The notes beneath the pieces are model-generated. The model ran no database searches. It saw only the letters and a list, made by a program, of their open reading frames with translations, and was not told the DNA's origin. A DNA stretch of 64,000 bases. Source: a virus. Taxonomy: Duplodnaviria; Caudoviricetes. This document shows positions 29,027-36,426 of this stretch, in pieces (within the stretch, counting starts at the first letter, position 1; each line of letters opens with the position of its first letter). The stretch lies in the IMG/VR virus record IMGVR_UViG_3300028886_000041. One strand, given 5' to 3'. Position numbers and translations under genes: made by a program.

Positions 29027-29497
29027 TTAACTATTCTGGATTGGCATATAAAATTTTACATTACACCAACCAACATTATCAAATTGTTTTTTAACTTCGT
29101 TTAATACATCTTCGGCATTCAATCCACCGATACCACAACCAAGTGCACAAAATGCTACTTCGAAAGGTGTATAATCATATTCATAATCATATTTAAGTTG
29201 TTGCTTAATATAATTAAGACCATTAATAATATCTGAAAGTTTAGCTCTCGAACCCGGATTTTTCATAGTTGGAAAATTAATAACATATTTTCCTTTTTCT
29301 AACTCTTGGATCCTCGGCCTTCCGACTTCATAAACACCTAATCTACAAAGTGTTTGATATGTTTCATACATTTTAGGGTATCTGTCTGCAAATTGTTTTG
29401 CAATTCCAGCTCCCATTATTCCTACACAATTAACTGCATTAGTAATATATTTTGCATTAGAATCAAAAATATTACCATTTTCAATTACTTCTACCAT
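29027..29497 (-). CDS. macrodomain ADP-ribose glycohydrolase (DarG/TARG1-like)
   Basis: NAVNCVGIMGAGIAKQF..RYP.M, INFPT, ALGCGIGGL. Confidence 0.9.
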   Translation of the reverse strand: MVEVIENGNIFDSNAKYITNAVNCVGIMGAGIAKQFADRYPKMYETYQTLCRLGVYEVGRPRIQELEKGKYVINFPTMKNPGSRAKLSDIINGLNYIKQQLKYDYEYDYTPFEVAFCALGCGIGGLNAEDVLNEVKKQFDNVGWCNVKFYMPIQNS

Positions 29498-29693
29498 ATT
29501 TAATTACGATTTCTCTTTTTTGTTTTATTGTTTTTATTTTTGTTTTTATTCAATTTAGATTCTAAATTCGAATAGTATTGAATATCTTCAGATGAAAGTC
29601 CTTTCAATACCATATTACGTTTATTTTTCATACTATTATTATATTTTATTTTTTGTTATTTTCAATCAAAACAATAAACCTAAAGTATACAAT

Positions 29694-29864
29694 CTATTTA
29701 TTTTTATACCTATTCGGATTATTTTTCTTACGTGCCGCAAAAATTTTAGCACTTACAGTATCATTCAACACTGGATCAACCACAGGCTTACCCCAAGAGC
29801 GACCCATTGTTTTATGAATAATATTTTTATTTTCACTTTTTTGTCTAATTTGTTTTTTAGCCAT
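29694..29864 (-). CDS. small basic protein (56 aa)
   Basis: MAKKQIRQKSENK...; first ORF after the promoter motif at 29906. Confidence 0.5.
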   Translation of the reverse strand: MAKKQIRQKSENKNIIHKTMGRSWGKPVVDPVLNDTVSAKIFAARKKNNPNRYKNK

Positions 29865-29935
29865 TTATTTTTTTGTTTTGAGTTAATGTTTTTGAAACTG
29901 TGTATATTTTAAAGGAGAGTTATTTTTTAATAAAC

Positions 29936-29962
29936 AAAAAACTCTTCCTTTTTTGGAAGAGT
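29936..29962 (-). terminator. intrinsic terminator
   Basis: ACTCTTCC-AAAAAA-GGAAGAGT followed by a T run. Confidence 0.7.
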
Positions 29963-29989
29963 AATTTAAATAAGAGTTATATTTTTATT

Positions 29990-30247
29990 CTAGAGTCCGA
30001 GTTTTTCTTCTTCTTTATATTTTATAAGCCTATTAATTAAATCATCAATCATAATTGCTCTATTATACTCATCATCTTCTATATTGTTTTCATTCATTTC
30101 TTGGAACATAAAAGATAACAAATGTTGAAGAGCTCTTTCAATGGAAATTTCTCTACGGGGAAAATCTTCCCATTTGTTATATTCCATAGGATCATTCGGT
30201 TTAAGTAACAAATACTTTTCAAGGATTATATCGTTATCCGATTTCAT
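29990..30247 (-). CDS. hypothetical late protein
   Basis: ATAAATA late-promoter-like motif before MKSDNDIILEKY. Confidence 0.6.
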   Translation of the reverse strand: MKSDNDIILEKYLLLKPNDPMEYNKWEDFPRREISIERALQHLLSFMFQEMNENNIEDDEYNRAIMIDDLINRLIKYKEEEKLGL

Positions 30248-30251
30248 ATAA

Positions 30252-30617
30252 TTATTTATCAAAATATTCGTTAATAATTTTATAAAAATCTCTTTTTTCG
30301 TGGGTTCTTCTTTGTTTATTTGACATTCTTTTAGATGAATGACTTATCCTAATTGGTTCTCTCCATCCGTTGGTTTTATATTCACCTGCATAATAATGCC
30401 ATCCATAACATTCGTTGTCTGTGACATATTTACATGCAACATAATGATATTTAACATATTCATTTTTACTAAAAGAGTAATAAAATCCAGTATGAGTTAT
30501 TTTATTTCCCTCTCTTTTCCCATCTATATTATAATAGTATCTATTTTTTCTCCAAGTTTTACCGATCCTTGGTGAATAATTTTCTGTTAATTCTTGTATA
30601 CTTTTATCTGTATTCAT
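30252..30617 (-). CDS. hypothetical protein
   Basis: ORF downstream of the tRNA cluster. Confidence 0.6.
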   Translation of the reverse strand: MNTDKSIQELTENYSPRIGKTWRKNRYYYNIDGKREGNKITHTGFYYSFSKNEYVKYHYVACKYVTDNECYGWHYYAGEYKTNGWREPIRISHSSKRMSNKQRRTHEKRDFYKIINEYFDK

Positions 30618-30694
30618 TTGCGTACCTTATTAAAAGGCCGCAAAGATAAAATTGTTAATGGTTCTCATAATATATAATTATTTAGTTTTTAAAA

Positions 30695-30768
30695 TGGTTC
30701 CCCGATATTGACTTGAACAATAACTAGATGAACCAAAATCACCTGTGCTACCATTACACCATCAGGGA
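30695..30768 (-). tRNA. tRNA-Gln(UUG)
   Basis: Cloverleaf, GGTGA-TTTTGGT-TCATC, encoded CCA. Confidence 0.85.
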
Positions 30769-30777
30769 GAAATAAAT

Positions 30778-30882
30778 GGGTGGCTCCCTTATAAATATAA
30801 AACTTCCAGGAGCCGTATATGCTGGGAAAGGATAAAACAGCATAAGTTTATTGCAGTTTCGGGTTCTCTGCCAACCGAAAAT
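30778..30882 (-). ncRNA. candidate tRNA-spacer sRNA (pseudoknot, anti-SD hairpin, hairpin)
   Basis: TTTCGG/CCGAAA stem with loop GCAG able to pair CTGC; TATGCTG-TTTTATCCTTTCC-CAGCATA; GGCTCC/GGAGCC. Confidence 0.5.
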
Positions 30883-30887
30883 ATTCT

Positions 30888-30960
30888 CACCGCTTCCGAG
30901 AATTGAACTCGGAACTCATGAATGAAAATCATGTGTTTTAACCATTTGAACTAAAGCGGC
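30888..30960 (-). tRNA. tRNA-Glu(UUC)
   Basis: CATGA-TTTTCAT-TCATG; GCCGCTT/AAGCGGT acceptor stem. Confidence 0.85.
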
Positions 30961-30965
30961 ATACG

Positions 30966-31039
30966 TGGTAACGGTAAGACTTGCACTTACTTCAAACCCC
31001 TTATGAGAGGGTTGTCTCACTATATCCAACCTCGTTACC
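30966..31039 (-). tRNA. tRNA-Met/Ile2(CAU), atypical D arm
   Basis: GGTAACG/CGTTACC acceptor stem; ACCCT-CTCATAA-GGGGT. Confidence 0.7.
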
Positions 31040-31048
31040 GTTTTAAAA

Positions 31049-31377
31049 TGGTGGAGACGCAGGGAATTGCACCCTGGTGTTATATCGCTATAATTTCCAA
31101 TTCGTTCACAAGTTTAGTTTGTTTAATCTTACTACAAACAAGAATTTCATTTCCATTCCTTATTTAATTTCAATATCGAACGGTAGTATATTGAAATCAT
31201 ATTCTTTCATTGGTCACTAATTAAGAATAATCCTTAGTTTTTCCATGCAGCCTTATTACTAAGCTGCAATAGCGTATGTATTGCCATTTATATTTTTGAA
31301 TAATTTTAAAGTATGTTATTCATCTACTACTTGTATCATTTAAAAATTTTCACGACTAATCGATTCTAATCGTCCCC
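31049..31377 (-). ncRNA. ssrA: tmRNA
   Basis: GGGGACG/CGTCTCC-ACCA acceptor with G3:U70, T-arm GGGTGCAATTCCC, tag frame GNTYAIAA* at 31285-31259. Confidence 0.92.
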
Positions 31378-31381
31378 GTGA

Positions 31382-31746
31382 TATATTTGATTTTATTTTA
31401 CTACATTGGTTGGATTCCTCGATTACCAACAAATATAAGTTATAATCAAATTTTTCAGTCATAACCAATAAAGGTAGCTAATCTTTATATTTGGGTTAAT
31501 TGGAATTTCACCAATATTATTTCAACGTTTGCGGGGTATTATGCCTCGGCGTTTACTTTAAACTTTTATTATCATCCTATGCATCCAGATAATAATAAAA
31601 TACCTTATTTTTTCATAATTACATTATTTATGAATATAAACTACAAGCTTTCATCTATATTCATAATACTTTAGTCTCAAATTGATTATATAATCAACCT
31701 CGGCTGACTTATTCGGTCACAATGTAATAAAATAAAATCAAATATA
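31382..31746 (-). ncRNA. candidate large structured RNA (~365 nt)
   Basis: Terminal helix of ~27 bp with one G-U on the minus strand, enclosing many hairpins; own promoter motif and boxA upstream; no ORF. Confidence 0.6.
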
Positions 31747-31753
31747 TTATGTC

Positions 31754-31760
31754 AAAGAAC
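31754..31760 (-). promoter_or_regulatory. boxA-like antitermination motif GTTCTTT (also 12527, 32144, 33192, 33294, 33597, 34157)
   Basis: GTTCTTT, mostly followed by RA, in spacers of the RNA-gene operons. Confidence 0.65.
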
Positions 31761-31798
31761 TTATGTATATTTTAAAAGAGAGTTATTTTTAAAATAAT

Positions 31799-31871
31799 TG
31801 GACCTAAAGAGATTCGAACTCTTGACCCCATGAATGCAAATCATGTGCTCTTCCAACTGAGCTACAGGCCC
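31799..31871 (-). tRNA. tRNA-Ala(UGC)
   Basis: G3:U70, CATGA-TTTGCAT-TCATG. Confidence 0.9.
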
Positions 31872-31884
31872 GAAAAATTATTAT

Positions 31885-31967
31885 TGGGCAATGTAGGTAA
31901 CGCTCCTACCCAGCTAATAAGCAAGAGATTTACAGTCTCCCCTCCGTCTTTAGAAGAATAATTACCC
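31885..31967 (-). tRNA. tRNA-Tyr(GUA)
   Basis: GGAGA-CTGTAAA-TCTCT, long variable arm. Confidence 0.8.
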
Positions 31968-31981
31968 ATATAATTCAAAAA

Positions 31982-32055
31982 TAGACGATACAGGACTCGA
32001 ACCTGTGACCCGTACGTTATCAACATACTGCTCTAACCTACTGAGCTAATCGTCT
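31982..32055 (-). tRNA. tRNA-Ile(GAU)
   Basis: Canonical cloverleaf, GTATG-TTGATAA-CGTAC. Confidence 0.92.
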
Positions 32056-32062
32056 GTAAAAT

Positions 32063-32136
32063 TGGGTGCAGTCGCCGGAATCGCACAATCGGTCCTTCAG
32101 CTTATGGGGCTGATATGCACTTTACACCACCCTGCA
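32063..32136 (-). tRNA. tRNA-Met(CAU), degenerate or atypical
   Basis: TCAGC-CCCATAA-GCTGA with CCA end; acceptor and T arm irregular. Confidence 0.55.
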
Positions 32137-32152
32137 ATATTAGAAAGAACAA

Positions 32153-32233
32153 AGCCAGAAATCAGATTCGAACTGATGAAGCTTTCGCAACGGTTTACAA
32201 AACCGTCCTCGTTGGCCGCTTGAGTATTCTGGC
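32153..32233 (-). tRNA. tRNA-Thr(UGU) with long variable arm
   Basis: GCCAGAA/TTCTGGC acceptor, ACGGT-TTTGTAA-ACCGT, extra arm GCGAAAGC. Confidence 0.8.
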
Positions 32234-32243
32234 GTTTATAAAT

Positions 32244-32335
32244 TGGCTGTCCGAGTAGGGTTCGAACCTACCAAACCATTTATTTACGGTCACAGATTAA
32301 CAGTCTGCTGCATCACCAATTCTGCTCGTCGGACA
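32244..32335 (-). tRNA. tRNA-Asn(GUU) with long variable arm
   Basis: GCAGA-CTGTTAA-TCTGT, extra arm GACCGT-AAATAA-ATGGTT, G73-CCA. Confidence 0.8.
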
Positions 32336-32387
32336 TTCATAATTTAAATATAATTCAAAATTGTTTATTTATTGTTTTATAAATTTA

Positions 32388-33146
32388 TTATAACCCTCGT
32401 TTTTTACCATTTTGTGGAATAAAATCTTTTACATATCTTTTACATTGATTTACAAAATTAACTTGTGTATTATTATAATTAGTAATTTCTTTTAATTTCG
32501 TCCAACCGTATTTACAATATAATTTATATAAATCAGTATAATATTTTTGTTTTTGTGTAAATTTTTGATGTTTTATTTTTAATTTTTCGGCATTAAACTT
32601 ATTTCTAAATTCTAAATCTTCTTTAGTTTTTAATTTTGCTTTATTATGTTTATGATTTATTTTTTTAATAAAAGAATCGAAATTTATAATTCTACCATAA
32701 TTCCAACCCGGTTCTAAAGATTCATTTTTATAAATTTTCTTAGATTTTTTAAGTTGTAAATTATATATCCAAACTTTGCCAAATTGAGAATTTCTTTTTC
32801 CTGATTGAGATTTAGATTGTATTTTACTAAATTGCATTCTTATCATTTCATACATTCGAGAATTGTAAATCCGCTGCTGATTAGGAGTTTTTGTAAATAT
32901 CATCATAACACAAGCTTTAACCATTTTAAAATATGCTTCGTTGTTATCTTCATATATTTTCATTAACAATAAATGACATACATAATGCTCCCGTGCAGTT
33001 AAGTACACAATATTTTCTTTATCATTATTTCCTCCAAGACTTCTTGGAATGATATGATGTTTTTCTGTATAACCTGTTGGCATATTTTGTTTACGAAACG
33101 ATATTATTTTATGGTAATATAAATAATACTTACTGTTAATTTTCAT
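32388..33146 (-). CDS. free-standing HNH homing endonuclease
   Basis: EKHHIIPRSLGG...NIVYLTAREHYVCHLLL; GKRNSQFGKVWI NUMOD-like segment; start moved to MKINSK. Confidence 0.9.
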   Translation of the reverse strand: MKINSKYYLYYHKIISFRKQNMPTGYTEKHHIIPRSLGGNNDKENIVYLTAREHYVCHLLLMKIYEDNNEAYFKMVKACVMMIFTKTPNQQRIYNSRMYEMIRMQFSKIQSKSQSGKRNSQFGKVWIYNLQLKKSKKIYKNESLEPGWNYGRIINFDSFIKKINHKHNKAKLKTKEDLEFRNKFNAEKLKIKHQKFTQKQKYYTDLYKLYCKYGWTKLKEITNYNNTQVNFVNQCKRYVKDFIPQNGKKRGL

Positions 33147-33206
33147 ATAAGTATTTATATAATATAACACTTATATGTTAACAGTTATATCAAAGAACTT
33201 TAAATT

Positions 33207-33283
33207 AGATGCAGTCGCTGGAATTACACCGGACCTTCAACTTATGAGACTAAACTGCTACTACCAACTGAGCTAAACTGGAA
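33207..33283 (-). pseudogene. chimeric pseudo-tRNA (CAU)
   Basis: 3' half resembles 32063..32136; 5' half (AGCTCAGTTGGTAGTAGCA) is from a different tRNA; acceptor unpaired. Confidence 0.6.
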
Positions 33284-33340
33284 TAAAATTATTAAAGAAC
33301 TAAAAAATATTTATAAATTCAATAGAAAAATGTAAATATA

Positions 33341-33578
33341 TGCCATTACCTGGACTTACCCTTATTACCAGATCTCCAGAGTAACATTCTGGACTCTATT
33401 TTTCTTGTGACAGGTTATTGAGCTAATAATGGACTTCAGTTACTGAGACCCGGTTAACCGTTTGTCAATAAAAGCCATGTGCTTTTATAGGCCTATTTTG
33501 ACGATAATAAGCATAGTCAACTGATGAATGGACCATCTCAATGTGGTGAAGTTGTCATCTTCTTGTTACGGGAACCTT
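33341..33578 (-). ncRNA. candidate structured RNA (~240 nt)
   Basis: GC-elevated, no ORF, boxA upstream; hairpins ATAAAAGC/GCTTTTAT, TCCAGA/TCTGGA, TCAG/CTGA; long-range CCATTA/TAATGG. Confidence 0.5.
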
Positions 33579-33616
33579 AAATTTAAATAAATTATCAAAG
33601 AACCAGAAAGTAAATA

Positions 33617-33690
33617 TGGGCCCGACAGGACTCGAACCTGTAACTGGGCGATTATGAATCACCTGTTCCACCAAATTAAACTACAGGCCC
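33617..33690 (-). tRNA. tRNA-Ile2/Met(CAU)
   Basis: GGGCCTG/CGGGCCC acceptor, GGTGA-TTCATAA-TCGCC. Confidence 0.85.
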
Positions 33691-33700
33691 TAAAAATAAA

Positions 33701-33885
33701 CACCATACTATCAATGGTTATTATACACTGATAGTATGGATTTCGCGTACAGACACCTAGTATAATAGTTCTACACAAGCTGATATAGTTGCTTGTGGAT
33801 CGAATTAGTTAGATTCGAATATTATACGCTTATGAAGACCTGTCTGTTAGGTAAGGTTACTAGCCTTTTCTTGCATCAGACGCTT
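33701..33885 (-). ncRNA. candidate structured RNA (~185 nt) between tRNA-Lys and tRNA-Ile2
   Basis: Nested stems ACAGACA/TGTCTGT, GTATAATA/TATTATAC, TCGAAT/ATTCGA, CACAAGC/GCTTGTG, CCATACTATCA/TGATAGTATGG. Confidence 0.55.
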
Positions 33886-33894
33886 ATAAATTTT

Positions 33895-33968
33895 TAGATC
33901 AACTGCGACTTGAACGCAGAACCAACGACTTAAAAGGTCGCTACTCTAACCAATTGAGTTATTGATCC
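33895..33968 (-). tRNA. tRNA-Lys(UUU)
   Basis: GCGAC-CTTTTAA-GTCGT cloverleaf. Confidence 0.88.
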
Positions 33969-33973
33969 TTAAA

Positions 33974-34047
33974 TGGTCGGGTATATCCGATTTGCACGGC
34001 GACCCATCGCCCCAAACGACGTATGTTCCTATTACACCATATACCCG
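33974..34047 (-). tRNA. tRNA-Pro(UGG)
   Basis: CGGGTAT/ATACCCG-ACCA; anticodon loop TTTGGGG. Confidence 0.8.
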
Positions 34048-34064
34048 TATTTTATTTTTAAATT

Positions 34065-34149
34065 AGCTAAGTGTAGGATTCGAACCTACAATGTGCATTT
34101 CACAAACAGTTTTGCGGACTGTTGTCTTCAACCATTCGACCAACTTAGC
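34065..34149 (-). tRNA. tRNA-Cys(GCA) with long variable arm
   Basis: ACAGT-CCGCAAA-ACTGT, U73, extra arm TGTG-AAATG-CACA. Confidence 0.8.
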
Positions 34150-34199
34150 ACATTTCAAAGAACTAAAAATTTTAAATTATTTATATATAAGAGTTAAAA

Positions 34200-34451
34200 T
34201 TAATCTTTTATATCCAACAATAATTTTTTTACTTCGCGATATTTTTTAATCTTCCGATCTATGGCGCGTTTAAATCCTTCACGAGCTACTGGAAGACCCT
34301 TAAACATATGAATAATATATTCCTCTAAATTCATCCCCAGCATTTCAACCAAAATGTCTGAATTATTAATGAATGCATCGATATCAAGTTTATCAGCTAT
34401 TAACACTGCCGCATCGATTATTTTATTGTTTTCTTTTGTTTCTTTTTTCAT
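34200..34451 (-). CDS. hypothetical protein
   Basis: ORF between tRNAs. Confidence 0.6.
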   Translation of the reverse strand: MKKETKENNKIIDAAVLIADKLDIDAFINNSDILVEMLGMNLEEYIIHMFKGLPVAREGFKRAIDRKIKKYREVKKLLLDIKD

Positions 34452-34486
34452 ATATTTTATTTTTAATTAATTGTTTTATTTTAACG

Positions 34487-34578
34487 CGGAGAAAGAGGGT
34501 CTCGAACCCCCACACCCATTTCTGAGTTAACGCATTTCAAGTGCGCCGTCATTAGGCCGAATCTTGACTTATCTCTCC
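34487..34578 (-). tRNA. tRNA-Ser(UGA)
   Basis: GGAGAGA/TTTCTCC-G73, GCGCA-CTTGAAA-TGCGT, long variable arm; 5' end overlaps the stop of 34569..34808. Confidence 0.88.
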
Positions 34579-34808
34579 GAAGTATTAAAATCTTCATCAA
34601 AATACATATATACATTCTTAAATGCAGTCCATGAACCAAATTCGCGAATGATATCACCGTATTTCAACATATGTGACATACAATTATCTTTTATTACTTC
34701 CCTAAATTCATCTCGATTAAAAGGAAGCGAAAAAATACCATCAAGAAATGCAGTATTGATTAATATTTTAATTTGAGCATCATTTAGATTGTATTTATTT
34801 GTGTTCAT
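34569..34808 (-). CDS. hypothetical protein
   Basis: Promoter motif directly upstream. Confidence 0.55.
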   Translation of the reverse strand: MNTNKYNLNDAQIKILINTAFLDGIFSLPFNRDEFREVIKDNCMSHMLKYGDIIREFGSWTAFKNVYMYFDEDFNTSER

Positions 34809-34828
34809 GGAGATATTATAAAAGAGAG

Positions 34829-35116
34829 TTATTTTTTAAGTTCTAATACCATTATATCATTACAGAATGTTTGATAATCGTTTTCATTTGTAAAATCTAA
34901 ATCAGTATCAAACAATAAATCACCAAAATCTTTATCTTCAAAATCAATCGATACATCATTATCAATTTTAGCTGCTGATAATATATTATTGATTGTTTGT
35001 TTAGCCTGTTCTTCTGTTTTGAATAATTTTGTATATATAGGTTGATTGATAGAATCAGTATCAACTGTTAATTCTAATCCATCTTCCTTCTTACGATATG
35101 TTATTCTTATTTTCAT
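34829..35116 (-). CDS. hypothetical protein
   Basis: Stop overlaps the next promoter motif. Confidence 0.6.
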   Translation of the reverse strand: MKIRITYRKKEDGLELTVDTDSINQPIYTKLFKTEEQAKQTINNILSAAKIDNDVSIDFEDKDFGDLLFDTDLDFTNENDYQTFCNDIMVLELKK

Positions 35117-35396
35117 TTAATTTGTTTATAATATCATAAACATTAACGATAGTCAAGCAATGAAATTTTATTTGTATTTGCTCGGGTTCCATATGAGTAT
35201 CAATTGAACGAACTAAATCTTTTAAAATCTGTATATTATTACTTCGTGTAATAAAAATAGGCTCCTTATCTTTTTCTTCCAAATATAACTCAAATTTTAA
35301 ATTATTTGATGTTACGTTGATTTTAAATAAAATACCTGTACCAATTTCAAACTGATAACAGCGTCGTTTATAATTAATAATCCATGGATCTCTCAT
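35091..35396 (-). CDS. hypothetical protein
   Basis: Operonic ORF. Confidence 0.55.
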   Translation of the reverse strand: MRDPWIINYKRRCYQFEIGTGILFKINVTSNNLKFELYLEEKDKEPIFITRSNNIQILKDLVRSIDTHMEPEQIQIKFHCLTIVNVYDIINKLNENKNNIS

Positions 35397-35435
35397 TCCT
35401 ACCGCATGTTTTCCTTCCGTTAAAATATTTATTTC

Positions 35436-35690
35436 TTAAAAGTAAAAATCATCGTAAAATTCCCCATAATCATCTTCCCCGATATTTTTATTACTTTTAA
35501 ATAATTTTTGAAATATATAAGATGTGAAAATACCAATGATAATAACAATCGGGCTAGATAAAAGTAATATATAAAAATAATATGCAATATTATATGGTAT
35601 TAGTGTTAAAAGATAACTAATAGTTCCTAATATTAATAATGTTATAGTACCCACAAGATAATATTTTAAACAGTTTTTTAAACAATCCAT
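35436..35690 (-). CDS. small 2-TM membrane protein
   Basis: Start moved to MDCLKN. Confidence 0.55.
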   Translation of the reverse strand: MDCLKNCLKYYLVGTITLLILGTISYLLTLIPYNIAYYFYILLLSSPIVIIIGIFTSYIFQKLFKSNKNIGEDDYGEFYDDFYF

Positions 35691-35823
35691 AAAATTAATC
35701 TCTTGAAACGTTAATTGAAAATCTAATATCAGTAACGAATTGATATAAATATATAATAAATAAAAATTGATAAAAATCAATAAAAATTTTTCAAAAAATA
35801 AACTATTTTACATAAATAATTAT

Positions 35824-36426
35824 ATGAAAGCAAAACAGATTGTATCTATTTTAGGTATATCAAAACCAACATTAACAAAATATGTTAAAGAAGGCCTAAT
35901 AAAAATTGATAATGTTATTAATGGTAGATATTTATATAATGATGAATCTGTGTATGCACTAATAGGCAATCGAAAATGTTGTAAGAACAAATATAGTGTA
36001 ATTTATGCTAGAGTTTCAAATCCACCCAAAAAATATCTCGATGAACAAATTCAACGTATTTCTAATTTTTGCATTTCCAAAGGTATTCAAATAACTAAAG
36101 TATATTCTGATATAAAATCTGGTATGTATTTTAATAGAGAAGGATTAGATAATTTAATTTTGGATATAGTTAAAGGTAATATAGATACAATTGTTATTGA
36201 AAATAAAGATAGGTTATGTCGTTTTGGGTTTGAATTGTTTTTATCATTTTGTAAATTTTATAAAACTAAAATTTTAATTATATCTGATTTATCGGAAAAA
36301 TCTTATGAACAGGAGCTGACAGAAGATTTAATATCAATAATACATTATTTTTCTATGAAATCTTATTCCCATAGAAGAAAATTAAACAAATTACGAAAGG
36401 AAATAGAAAATAATGATAACAATTAA
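35824..36426 (+). CDS. tnpA: IS607 TnpA serine recombinase
   Basis: N-terminal MerR-like HTH, IYARVS, DIKSG, ENKDRLCRFGFE, ELTEDLISIIHYFSMKSY. Confidence 0.93.
   Translation: MKAKQIVSILGISKPTLTKYVKEGLIKIDNVINGRYLYNDESVYALIGNRKCCKNKYSVIYARVSNPPKKYLDEQIQRISNFCISKGIQITKVYSDIKSGMYFNREGLDNLILDIVKGNIDTIVIENKDRLCRFGFELFLSFCKFYKTKILIISDLSEKSYEQELTEDLISIIHYFSMKSYSHRRKLNKLRKEIENNDNN

Noticed and set aside
33521-33555. Hammerhead ribozyme (CTGATGA on the plus strand)
   Set aside because: No correctly placed GAAA and stem III, and it is on the strand opposite the operon.
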